Assembly: GCA_017540175.1 (NCBI GenBank)
Contig: JAFYBN010000010.1
Coordinates: 16,783-80,782 of the forward strand
Length of the DNA: 64,000 bases
Direction of reading: 5' to 3'
From: Clostridia bacterium
GTDB lineage: Bacteria; Bacillota; Clostridia; Oscillospirales; CAG-272
The position numbers and the translations under genes are program-made. This document shows positions 56,191-64,000 of the stretch, one piece after another. The first letter of the stretch is position 1. Every line of letters begins with the position of its first letter. A model generated the notes under the pieces. That model was not told the DNA's origin. It saw only the letters and a program-made list of their open reading frames with translations, and did not search any database.

Positions 56191-56255
56191 TTTTGAGCGG
56201 GGAACGGGACCCCGACGGGTGCGTAGGCACCCATGACCGAGCCCGCAGGCGAGAA

Positions 56256-56279
56256 TTCAAGTCCTGTTACCCGCATTTT
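56256..56279 (+). repeat. 24-nt exact duplicate of the tRNA-Leu 3' end (TTCAAGTCCTGTTACCCGCATTTT)
   Basis: Identical to 56171-56194. The 61 nt in between do not fold as a tRNA. Confidence 0.8.
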
Positions 56280-56366
56280 TGCAGATTCCGTTCGCGCAAA
56301 GGCGCGTGTATCCGTCGACTCGGTTTCAGGTTTTATGACATATAAATCCAAAAAGGAGGTTCCCCC

Positions 56367-57173
56367 ATGTCCGACGACAAGAAGAAATACCCCTGGATCA
56401 AAAGTATCTTCTCCTCAAGGAAGAGAAAGTCCGTCGAATGCGTTTACGCCGGTCCCGAGATCATGAAGCAGCGGGCCGGACGGACCGAGAAGGTTTACGC
56501 GGGTCCTCCGCCGAGAGTGGAAAAGCCCGTGTACGCCGGTCCGGAATCCTTCGGCCAGAAAAAAAAGGATCCTCCTCCCTCCGTCGAGGGCGTATACGCA
56601 GGCCCGGAGTTCTTCGGGATCAAATCCGCCGAGGAGCCGCAGAAGCCGGAAGAACCGGTGATCGAAGAGGTCTATGCGGGACCCGAGTTCTTCGGTTTCA
56701 CGGACGAGCCGGACGGAGAAGCGGAAGACATCGACGCGCCCGATGTTGAAGAAAACGCGGAAGATGCGTCGGACACGGAAGACGCGCCGGAACCGGATGA
56801 CGCACCGGAGCCGGACGGCGGCGCGGAGAACGCCCCCTCCGGAGAAACCCCGCCCCCTCCGCCCCGCCCCGACCGCCTGCCCGAGTCCATGATGATGGCG
56901 GTTTACGCGGGACCGCAGTACTATAATCCCCGCCCCGATTCGAACATCGGCATGTTCGGCATCCCGGTCCCCGCCGCTCCCCCCTCCGAAAAAGCCGAAT
57001 CCCCTGTACCGGGCGACGGCACGCGATGCCCGTTCTGCGGCGCGAAGCGGATCGAGAGCTCGAAATTCTGCACGGAATGCGGCGCGGTTCTTCCCCCGCC
57101 GAAGCCCGACGCTGACGGAAGCGAAGGCGCGCAGGCCGGAGACGACAAAAAGGAACAGGGGACGGATTCATGA
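56367..57173 (+). CDS. VYAGP-repeat, Pro/Glu-rich protein with a C-terminal zinc ribbon
   Basis: AAAGGAGG RBS. Six VYAGP motifs (V at residues 26, 43, 55, 76, 102, 179). CPFCGAKRIESSKFCTECG zinc ribbon. Confidence 0.75.
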   Translation: MSDDKKKYPWIKSIFSSRKRKSVECVYAGPEIMKQRAGRTEKVYAGPPPRVEKPVYAGPESFGQKKKDPPPSVEGVYAGPEFFGIKSAEEPQKPEEPVIEEVYAGPEFFGFTDEPDGEAEDIDAPDVEENAEDASDTEDAPEPDDAPEPDGGAENAPSGETPPPPPRPDRLPESMMMAVYAGPQYYNPRPDSNIGMFGIPVPAAPPSEKAESPVPGDGTRCPFCGAKRIESSKFCTECGAVLPPPKPDADGSEGAQAGDDKKEQGTDS

Positions 57174-58216
57174 AATACGCGGCGGTTCGCGAAGACTTTC
57201 CCTATCGGCTCGATTCCTGCGTGTGGGAAATCACCCTGCGCTGCTGTTTTCACTGCGCCTACTGCGGCTCGCGCGGCGGAGAGGCGCGTGAAAACGAGCT
57301 GTCGACCGAGGAATGCCTCGACGTGGTCCGGCAGCTGGACGAGCTCGGATGCCGCAGAGTCAATCTGATCGGCGGCGAGGTCTTCATGCGGCGGGACTGG
57401 GCGGTCATTGCGGGAGCGCTGACCAGCTGCGGCATCAAGACCTGCATCATCACAAACGGCTTTTCCATGACGCCCGCCATCATCGACGAGCTGAAGCGCG
57501 TGCGCATCGAATCCGTCGCCGTCTCGGTGGACGGGGTCGCGGAGGTGCACGACGCGTACCGGCAGAAGGGCAGCTTCGAGCGGGCGATGCTCGCGATCCG
57601 CGCGCTGACCGGGGCGGGCATTCCCGTGTCCGTCATCAGCGCGCTCCGCGCGGACAACGCCCCCCGCCTACCCGAGTTCTTCGAGGTCTTGAAGACCCTG
57701 CCGATTTTCGCGTGGCAGCTGCAGGCCTGCTCTCCGATGGGCAACGCGGATCAAAACCGGATCGACGTGAAGTTCGACGCGGGATTTGTCATCCGTTTCG
57801 TGAAGAGCATCGAAAACGCCGCGCCCTTCTACGTCGGCGCGGCGGACAACATCGGTTATTTCACGCCGGAGGAACTCGACGGCGGCATACGGGGAACCAA
57901 AAACGCCGTCTTCACCGGCTGCGGCGCGGGGCTGACGGGGATCGGCATCGACAGCGTGGGCAATGTGCGCGGGTGCGAATCCATGTACGACGAGCGCTTC
58001 AACGAGGGCAATCTCCGCTCCCGTTCCCTCGCCGAACTCTGGTATGATCCGAACGCCTTCGCCTACAACCGCCGCTTCGACGAGAGCATGCTCACGGGCA
58101 AGTGCGCGAAATGTGCCTACGGCCCGATCTGCGCCGGGGGATGCCGCTCGTACAACTGGTTCACGACGGGGGCGCTTTACGAAAATCCCCTGTGCGCGCG
58201 CCGGGAGGAAGACTAA
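57170..58216 (+). CDS. Radical SAM enzyme with a C-terminal SPASM-like auxiliary cluster domain
   Basis: CX3CX2C (RCCFHCAYCG), GGE-like NLIGGEVF, C-terminal GCGAG...GCE...GKCAKCAYGPICAGGCRS. ATGA overlap with the upstream ORF. Confidence 0.85.
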   Translation: MKYAAVREDFPYRLDSCVWEITLRCCFHCAYCGSRGGEARENELSTEECLDVVRQLDELGCRRVNLIGGEVFMRRDWAVIAGALTSCGIKTCIITNGFSMTPAIIDELKRVRIESVAVSVDGVAEVHDAYRQKGSFERAMLAIRALTGAGIPVSVISALRADNAPRLPEFFEVLKTLPIFAWQLQACSPMGNADQNRIDVKFDAGFVIRFVKSIENAAPFYVGAADNIGYFTPEELDGGIRGTKNAVFTGCGAGLTGIGIDSVGNVRGCESMYDERFNEGNLRSRSLAELWYDPNAFAYNRRFDESMLTGKCAKCAYGPICAGGCRSYNWFTTGALYENPLCARREED

Positions 58217-58272
58217 ACGTTCAGGCTCCGCGCGGGACGTTTCCCGCGGCGGATTTTTGAGGAGGCGATACG

Positions 58273-58746
58273 ATGGAGACCGTGATCCGGTTCGCGCGGG
58301 AGGACGACCTCGCGCAAATCAACGAACTTCGCCGACAGGTCAACGAACTGCACGCCGCGGGAAAGCCCGAAATCTTCAGACCCTGCTTCAGCGATGAGAT
58401 GAGGGATTATCTCTATGAGATCCGAAGTGATGCAGCGTGGCAAATCATCGCGGCGGAGGCGGACGGCGCGGTCCGCGGCTACGCCACGCTTCATCACATC
58501 CAAAGGCCGGAAAATCCGGTCATGCGCCCGCGCGATTACCTCGAAATCGACGAGTTCGGGGTGGACGAGGCGTTCCGCCGCCGGGGAGTCGCCTCCGCAA
58601 TGATCGCCTTCATACGGGCCTATGCCCGGGAAAAGAGCTTTTCCCGGATCGAGCTGAACATGTGGGAGTTCAACCGGGACGCGCTCGCGTTTTACGAAGC
58701 CGTCGGGTTTTCCACGTATCGGCGGTATATGGAAATGGAAGTTTGA
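58273..58746 (+). CDS. GNAT family N-acetyltransferase
   Basis: Acetyl-CoA motif A region (FGVDEAFRRRGVASAMI) and the NRDALAFYEAVGF tail. Confidence 0.85.
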   Translation: METVIRFAREDDLAQINELRRQVNELHAAGKPEIFRPCFSDEMRDYLYEIRSDAAWQIIAAEADGAVRGYATLHHIQRPENPVMRPRDYLEIDEFGVDEAFRRRGVASAMIAFIRAYAREKSFSRIELNMWEFNRDALAFYEAVGFSTYRRYMEMEV

Positions 58747-58843
58747 CGGTTCCTTCGTATAAAAAAGAGAACGCGGCCGGAGCGTTTTGTTCCGCTCCCC
58801 GCGTGTCTCAGTCCCGGGCAATTCTGTTCAAGCGGTTCACGGT

Positions 58844-59443
58844 TTACCGGAGCCGCTTTTTGATTTCGTCAAGATCCTCGAGAGCTTTCTTCAAAACGTA
58901 CGCGGCGTACGCAGCCGCGAACGACCCGACGGAGGCGATGACCGGAGCGGCGTCCGCCGTATTTTCCCAAACGAGCCGCAAAACGAACCATGCGATCCCG
59001 GCGACGCCCGACGCGATCAGAATGACCAGCGCGGCGGTGAGGAAGGTCCCGTATGTTCTGCGGCGCGGCGCGGGCGCGGCGCTCCCCTCGTTCGGCTCGG
59101 GGCGGGACGTCTCGCGCTCCTCCTCTTCTGCGGGCAGGGCGTCCTGTTGGGGTACAGCGGGGGCAGCATACGCGGATTTCGCGGCTTCCTTCGCTTCCTT
59201 TTCCGCCAGACGGCGGCGGTCGTTGATCTCGCAGATGCGGTAGAGATATTCCATGCCGGTATCCGTCACGCCCGCGCTTCTCAGGTTGCGCTCGTTCGCG
59301 GTCAGACGCCGCACCGCCGAGGAGGTGGAAACATCCGTCAGCTTGACGAACGGCAGAATGATCCGCTTGCATTTGTCACACAGTCTCGTTTTGTCTCCGC
59401 CGGAAATCTCCGTACCGCAGTTCGCGCAGCGCGCCATACCCAT
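58844..59443 (-). CDS. Zinc-ribbon protein with C-terminal TM segments, unknown function
   Basis: CANCG...CDKC at the N-terminus and two predicted TM helices near the C-terminus. A hairpin plus T-tract lies downstream at about 58761-58805. Confidence 0.65.
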   Translation of the reverse strand: MGMARCANCGTEISGGDKTRLCDKCKRIILPFVKLTDVSTSSAVRRLTANERNLRSAGVTDTGMEYLYRICEINDRRRLAEKEAKEAAKSAYAAPAVPQQDALPAEEEERETSRPEPNEGSAAPAPRRRTYGTFLTAALVILIASGVAGIAWFVLRLVWENTADAAPVIASVGSFAAAYAAYVLKKALEDLDEIKKRLR

Positions 59444-59612
59444 ACCCTCTTTCGATCCGATTGGATTCTTTTCGTTTTATTATACCACAGATCCGACGAA
59501 AACCGCAAGAGGGACGGACGGATTTTCCGCCGATCCGGGCTATTTTTCGCACAGCGCCCACGCTGAAGGAAGGATGCGGACGGCGCTCCCCCGAAAAATG
59601 CCCGCCGCCGCG

Positions 59613-59641
59613 TCATATCCTCCGCGCGCGCGGCATAGGAT
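59613..59641 (+). promoter_or_regulatory. Possible sigmaE-like promoter for the DUF3794-like gene
   Basis: TCATATC-14 nt-CATAGGAT. The -35 context CGTCATATCC is identical to the spoIIIA promoter. The -10 matches 6/8 of the consensus. Confidence 0.4.
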
Positions 59642-59672
59642 GAGGCAGGTATTCGTGAGCACGGAGGGTTTC

Positions 59673-61136
59673 ATGAACAGCATCTTTTACGAAAAACGCT
59701 TTGACACCGGCGCGCAGACCGACATATCGGAGGACTTTACCCTGCCGGACTACCATCCTGAGATCCGACGGGTCGTCGGCGTGCGCGCCGCCGTTCTGAC
59801 CGACGGAAAATATCTGAGCGGGAGCGATCTCGAGGCGGACGGGAATGTCATTTATACGGTCGCCTACTCGGACGCGGACGGACGCCTGAACGAAATCACC
59901 GAAACCTCGTCCTTCACCGGACGGATCCCGACCGGCGCGCAGGACGCGAAGGACGACCGTTATTCCGCGGCCGACCTCATCCTTTCCGCGTCGGCAGAGG
60001 GCGTTTCGTGCAGGGTCAGCGGACCGCGGCGGTTCACGCTGTCGAGCCGGGTCCGGCTCGAGCTTTTGTCCGAGAAGCCGGTCGACCTCACGCTCGATCC
60101 GGGAAAGCTCCCGGCGGTCCGGCAGAAAACGGAGAGGACAACCACGGCCTGTCTTTCGGAAACGCACACGAGCGCGGAGGTCTCCGGAGAGATCCGCGAG
60201 CGGGAGGACATGGAGGTCGCAGGCGGGAGCGGGCAGATCTGCCTGACGGACGCGCGCGTATCCGACGGGGGAGTTTTGCTCAAGGGGGACGCGATGGTGA
60301 GCGTTCTGCTCCGCTCGCCGGAAAACGATTACACCGTCACGCGGGGACGCGCGCCGGTCGAGCTGACCATCCCTCTGCCGGAGGTGCCGGACGGGGTCGT
60401 CTGCCGCGCCGCCGCCTTCCCATCCGTCGCGCTGACCGAGCTTGAAACCTCCCCGGACGGCACGATCTCGTGGCGGATGGAATACGACGTGGAGGCGGAC
60501 GTTCTCAAATGCACGGAGTCGGAATACGCCTCGGACGCGTATTCGCCGTACGCGGAAACGGAGATCACAGTCCGTGAGACCGGGGTCGCCGCGCCCGCCG
60601 CCGCGCTGAACGGACGGCTGACGGTCTCCGCGCGGTACCATGCACGGGAGGGGGCGGAGTTCATCACGGCGTGGGGCGCCGCAGCGGCGGAGAAGATCAC
60701 GGCGTGCGGAGGCAGAGCGCGAATGAGCGGCACGGTGAAGGCGACGGTGATCTCCCGCGCGGACCGGGATTTCATTTCGGAGGAGGTCTCGATCCCCTTC
60801 CGCTACGAATGGGAGGCGCTCGAGGGGGGCGCGGGGCCCGAGGAATTCCCGCTTTCCTCGAAAAGCGCGGTGCAGGCTGCGGACATAGCGGTCAGGACCT
60901 CGGACGGGGACGAATGGACGGTCACGGCGGAGCTCGGGCTCGCGGCGGTCTGCGTCGCGACGCAGGATACCCGCGCCGTTGTCGCGCTCACGCCGGGGGA
61001 AGGCGGCGAACCCGTGAAAAAGAATCTCATCCGCGTCTATGTTCCCGAGACCGGGGAGAACGCGTGGGACGTGGAGAAGAAATTCCGTCTCGGCAAGGAC
61101 GCCGCGCTCACGGAAGGGGTTTATGTGATGGATTGA
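59673..61136 (+). CDS. DUF3794-repeat protein (SipL/spore-morphogenesis-like, no LysM seen)
   Basis: DFTLPDYHPEIRRVVGVRA is typical of DUF3794 modules. ACGGAGGG RBS before the ATG at 59673. Confidence 0.65.
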   Translation: MNSIFYEKRFDTGAQTDISEDFTLPDYHPEIRRVVGVRAAVLTDGKYLSGSDLEADGNVIYTVAYSDADGRLNEITETSSFTGRIPTGAQDAKDDRYSAADLILSASAEGVSCRVSGPRRFTLSSRVRLELLSEKPVDLTLDPGKLPAVRQKTERTTTACLSETHTSAEVSGEIREREDMEVAGGSGQICLTDARVSDGGVLLKGDAMVSVLLRSPENDYTVTRGRAPVELTIPLPEVPDGVVCRAAAFPSVALTELETSPDGTISWRMEYDVEADVLKCTESEYASDAYSPYAETEITVRETGVAAPAAALNGRLTVSARYHAREGAEFITAWGAAAAEKITACGGRARMSGTVKATVISRADRDFISEEVSIPFRYEWEALEGGAGPEEFPLSSKSAVQAADIAVRTSDGDEWTVTAELGLAAVCVATQDTRAVVALTPGEGGEPVKKNLIRVYVPETGENAWDVEKKFRLGKDAALTEGVYVMD

Positions 61137-61222
61137 AAGCATTGCGTCCGGGGACGGATTTTTGCCCTGCGCGGGCAGCGGCGGTGGAGTTTGCTGAAAC
61201 CGTATTAAGAGAATGCTGTTCC

Positions 61223-61284
61223 CTTGCCTCGCCGGCGCGACTGCCGTGCCGACGCTGTCGCACTTGGCGCGCCGGCGAGGCAAG
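61223..61284. repeat. Perfect 17-bp inverted repeat with a 28-nt spacer
   Basis: CTTGCCTCGCCGGCGCG (61223-61239) and CGCGCCGGCGAGGCAAG (61268-61284). Confidence 0.8.
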
Positions 61285-61336
61285 AAGCCAACTCTCATCG
61301 AAAACGTTGGGGCGGTTGTTCCCTCCTCTGCAAAAA

Positions 61337-61404
61337 ACGGCTGCCGTCCGATCGGTCGTCATGCTCTCCATGACATCCGATCGGGCGGCAGCCGTATTGA
61401 TTTT
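61337..61404. terminator. Long bidirectional terminator hairpin between the DUF3794 gene and glcK
   Basis: ~26-nt imperfect arms (CGGCTGCCGTCCGATCGGTCGTCATG / CATGACATCCGATCGGGCGGCAGCCG), flanked by an A-tract and ATTGATTTTCT. Confidence 0.6.
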
Positions 61405-61413
61405 CTGGATCGA

Positions 61414-62376
61414 TTATTTGGCCAGCACCGCCGCGCCGATGATGCCCGCGTCGTTTCCGAGCTTCGCGATGCGGATATCCGTCTTCGGCGTGCCTTCGCG
61501 GGAATAGGTTTCCTTCCAGACCTTCTCAAGCAGGGGCTTCGTGAGATAGTCTCCCTCGTTGCACACGCCGCCGCCGATGGACAAAACGTTCGGCTGGAAG
61601 ATGTTGATGATGTTGACCACTCCGGTCGCGAGATACGAGATATACTCGTCCACGACCTCCGCTCCGAGCTCGTCGCCCTGCTTCATGGCGGCAAACGCGG
61701 TGCGCGCGGAAACCTTGTCGATGTCACCGCCGATCATGTCTTCCATGATGGTGGCTCTGCCCGCTTCTCTCGCCTCGCGGAGGCGGTCCTTCGTGATGTT
61801 GACAAGCCCCGTCGCCGAGCTGTACGCTTCCCAGCAGCCCTTTCTGCCGCAGGTGCAGGGACGTCCGCCCTTCTCAATGACGGTATGCCCGAGCTCCGCG
61901 CCCGCGAAATTGAAGCCGGAATATACCTTGCCGTCGATGATGATGCCGCCGCCGAGCCCCGTGCCGAGCGTGATCATGACGGAGAAGGGCGCGTCCTTCG
62001 CGACGCCCGCCACCGCTTCGGCCTTTGCCGCCGCGTTCGCGTCGTTTTCGATGTGGACGGGCTTGCCGTCAAGCAGCGCCGACAGTCTTTCCGCCATGGG
62101 ATAATGGAGGAAGGGGATGTTGTTCGAATATTCGACAACGCCGGTTTCGCTGTTCGCCGTACCCGGCGTCGCGACACCCGCGTACTCCACGTCGTCGAGG
62201 GTGAGTCCGCATTCGTCAAGGAGCTTTCTCGAAAGCGCCGCCATATCCGCGATGATGGCGTCTCCGCCGCGCTCGGGCTTGGTGGGGACGGAGCCCTTCT
62301 TGATGATTTCATAGTTTTCGTCGACGATACCGATGGCGATGTTGGTGCCGCCGAGGTCGATGCCGATATAAACCAT
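61414..62376 (-). CDS. glcK: ROK family glucokinase
   Basis: IGIDLGGTN, ENDANAAA, GTGLGGGII, and the zinc motif GHT...CTCGRKGCWE. Confidence 0.85.
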   Translation of the reverse strand: MVYIGIDLGGTNIAIGIVDENYEIIKKGSVPTKPERGGDAIIADMAALSRKLLDECGLTLDDVEYAGVATPGTANSETGVVEYSNNIPFLHYPMAERLSALLDGKPVHIENDANAAAKAEAVAGVAKDAPFSVMITLGTGLGGGIIIDGKVYSGFNFAGAELGHTVIEKGGRPCTCGRKGCWEAYSSATGLVNITKDRLREAREAGRATIMEDMIGGDIDKVSARTAFAAMKQGDELGAEVVDEYISYLATGVVNIINIFQPNVLSIGGGVCNEGDYLTKPLLEKVWKETYSREGTPKTDIRIAKLGNDAGIIGAAVLAK

Positions 62377-62565
62377 AGTGATTCCTTCCTCTCGAAAAAA
62401 TGGTCGGCGTTCGCCGGTCAGCCGGAGAACTGAGTTTATTATATAGAAAATCGGGGGGGCTGTCAAGAGAAAACCGTGAAAATGCGACAAAAATTTTCTG
62501 CTCTTCCCCGCCCGCCGAGAGCAATCTCCGATCTTCCCCAGTCCCCGGAATTTTACAGTTTCTTC

Positions 62566-62594
62566 TTGATTTCCGACGGAAAAACTGCTATACT
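62566..62594 (+). promoter_or_regulatory. SigmaA-type promoter TTGATT-N17-TATACT
   Basis: TTGATT 62566-62571, 17 nt, TATACT 62589-62594. Confidence 0.5.
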
Positions 62595-62622
62595 GTTTTC
62601 GGAAATAAAAACGGAGGTCGGC

Positions 62623-63357
62623 ATGGAACACACGGTTTCGGATTGGCTCGGATTTGAGCGATGGGGTTTTCGTTTTGAGGAACGGGACGCCCTTCTCGTC
62701 TTCCCGCACGGGGAGAAAAACGGGCACGTCGCGGTCAAGATGGAGTACTTCGGGGCGTTTCCAAATCTCGAAGAGGAGCTGCTCCGGCGGGGCTGGTGCA
62801 TCGCGTACCTCAGCAATATCAACCGATGGGGCACGGACGCCGATTCCGACGCGAAGGCGCGCTTTCTCTCCTTCCTTCAAAGCGAGTTCGGGCTGGACGG
62901 ACGCGCGGCCCTTGTCGGGATGAGCTGCGGCGGGCTCTGCTCGGTGAATTTCGCGGCGAAATACCCTGCCCTCGTCTCCGTGCTCTACCTGGACGCGCCG
63001 GTCATGAACCTCTATTCCTGCCCGATGGGATTTGGCGAGGGGGATCCCCTCGGCGGCGAGCGCGGTTGGGAGGAGCTGGTCGACGCCTACGGCTTCACGC
63101 GCGCGTCCTTCCTGCTCTACCGCGAACATCCGGTGGACAAGATCGGCATTCTGGCGGAGCACAAAATCCCCGTCGCCCTGATTTACGGCGACGCGGACCG
63201 GGTGGTTCCCTACCCCGAAAACGGCGCGCCGCTCGAAGCGCTCTACCGTTCGTTCTCCCTCCCCCTGTTCTGCGTCGGCAAGCCCGGCTGCGGGCACCAT
63301 CCCCACGGACTGGAAGACCCGACCCCGCTTGCGGATTTCATCGAAAAATACGCATAA
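62623..63357 (+). CDS. Alpha/beta hydrolase fold protein
   Basis: Nucleophile elbow GMSCGG, later GDADRVVP and GHHPHG. ACGGAGG RBS. Confidence 0.7.
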   Translation: MEHTVSDWLGFERWGFRFEERDALLVFPHGEKNGHVAVKMEYFGAFPNLEEELLRRGWCIAYLSNINRWGTDADSDAKARFLSFLQSEFGLDGRAALVGMSCGGLCSVNFAAKYPALVSVLYLDAPVMNLYSCPMGFGEGDPLGGERGWEELVDAYGFTRASFLLYREHPVDKIGILAEHKIPVALIYGDADRVVPYPENGAPLEALYRSFSLPLFCVGKPGCGHHPHGLEDPTPLADFIEKYA

Positions 63358-63402
63358 GACCTTTACCACATCAAAAATACTTCTCATTTCAGGAGGTTTC
63401 CC

Positions 63403-64000
63403 ATGGTCAAAGTCGCAATGCTCTCCAAATGGCACGTACACGCAGGCGGTTACGCCAACATGCTCAAGAACTCCGGCAAGGCTCAGATCGTCGCGGTCTG
63501 GGACGACGACAAGGAGCGCGGCGAAGCGTGGGCGAAGGAGCTCGGCGCAGAGTTCGTGCCCGATCTCGACGCGCTGCTCGCCCGGGACGACATCGAAGCC
63601 GTGGTCTGCGACGCTCCGACGACCGCGCACCGCGACATCCTCGTCAAGGCCGCAAAGGCCGGCAAGCACATCTTCACGGAAAAAGCGCTCGCGCCGACCG
63701 TGGCGGAATGCCTCGACGTGAAGAAGGCGGTTGAGGAAGCGGGCGTGACCTTCGTCATCAGCTATCCCCAGCGCGGCCGTCCGTGCGTGCGCTTCGCGAA
63801 GAAGATGATCGAAGAAGGCGCGTTCGGCAAGATCACCCTCGTCCGCACCCGGGACGCGCACAACGGCGTCTCCGGCAACTGGCTCCCCGCGTACTGGTTC
63901 GACAAGAGCGCGGCTGCGGGCGGCTCGATGATGGACCTCGGCTGCCATCCGATGTATCTGCTCGCCTACTTCCTCGGCAAGCCGAAGCGCGTAACCGGGC
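63403..64000 (+). CDS. Gfo/Idh/MocA family oxidoreductase (5' part; runs off the window)
   Basis: AGGAGG RBS. MVKVAMLSKWHVHAGGYA...FTEKALA. The frame is open to the window end and is absent from the ORF track because no stop is reached. Confidence 0.85.
   Translation, partial: MVKVAMLSKWHVHAGGYANMLKNSGKAQIVAVWDDDKERGEAWAKELGAEFVPDLDALLARDDIEAVVCDAPTTAHRDILVKAAKAGKHIFTEKALAPTVAECLDVKKAVEEAGVTFVISYPQRGRPCVRFAKKMIEEGAFGKITLVRTRDAHNGVSGNWLPAYWFDKSAAAGGSMMDLGCHPMYLLAYFLGKPKRVTG

Noticed and set aside
56197-56275. A second tRNA gene or pseudogene after tRNA-Leu.
   Set aside because: Only the last ~24 nt match a tRNA. The 5' part (GCGGGGAACGGGACCCC...) gives no D-arm or 7-nt anticodon loop, and the T-loop would carry a 6-nt insertion.

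Overview
High-GC (about 60-65% by eye) chromosomal segment from an endospore-forming Firmicute. It looks Clostridia/Oscillospiraceae-like, an inference from spoIIIAA-AH, yqfC/yqfD, a CIRCE operator and the recO-era-ybeY-phoH gene order. I support about 56 CDS, one tRNA-Leu(UAG), several near-consensus sigmaA promoters, two sigmaE-like promoters and a set of intrinsic terminators. All calls come from reading the supplied translations and sequence; no database was searched.

Layout:
- 0.1-16.5 kb: carbohydrate and other metabolism (Gfo/Idh/MocA, PfkB kinase, GH4, PHP, putative glycosidases), plus a CIRCE-controlled hsp20.
- 13-26.6 kb: a long minus-strand co-directional block. It joins rhaA/rhaB, four lipoproteins (a CapA-like protein plus three tandem amidase_3 paralogs), an AEC transporter and a SIS sugar isomerase.
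- 26.9-46.5 kb: housekeeping genes (mutS2, recO, era, ybeY, phoH, yqfD, yqfC, prfB, recG, tsaEB, rpiB).
- 47.2-52.2 kb: the spoIIIA operon.
- 52.5-59.4 kb: an accessory-looking stretch.

Most unusual observations:
1. A 268-aa protein with six VYAGP repeats and a zinc ribbon is translationally coupled to a radical SAM/SPASM enzyme and followed by a GNAT. It lies next to a tRNA-Leu whose 3' end is duplicated.
2. Five tandem 52-bp repeats sit between spoIIIAG and spoIIIAH. They reiterate the gene's last codons and keep a hairpin through a compensatory change.
3. A roughly 130-nt element occurs twice, 47 kb apart, with a covarying hairpin and a terminator after each copy.

Most long ORFs lying antisense to these genes in the ORF track are high-GC shadow ORFs and are not reported as features.
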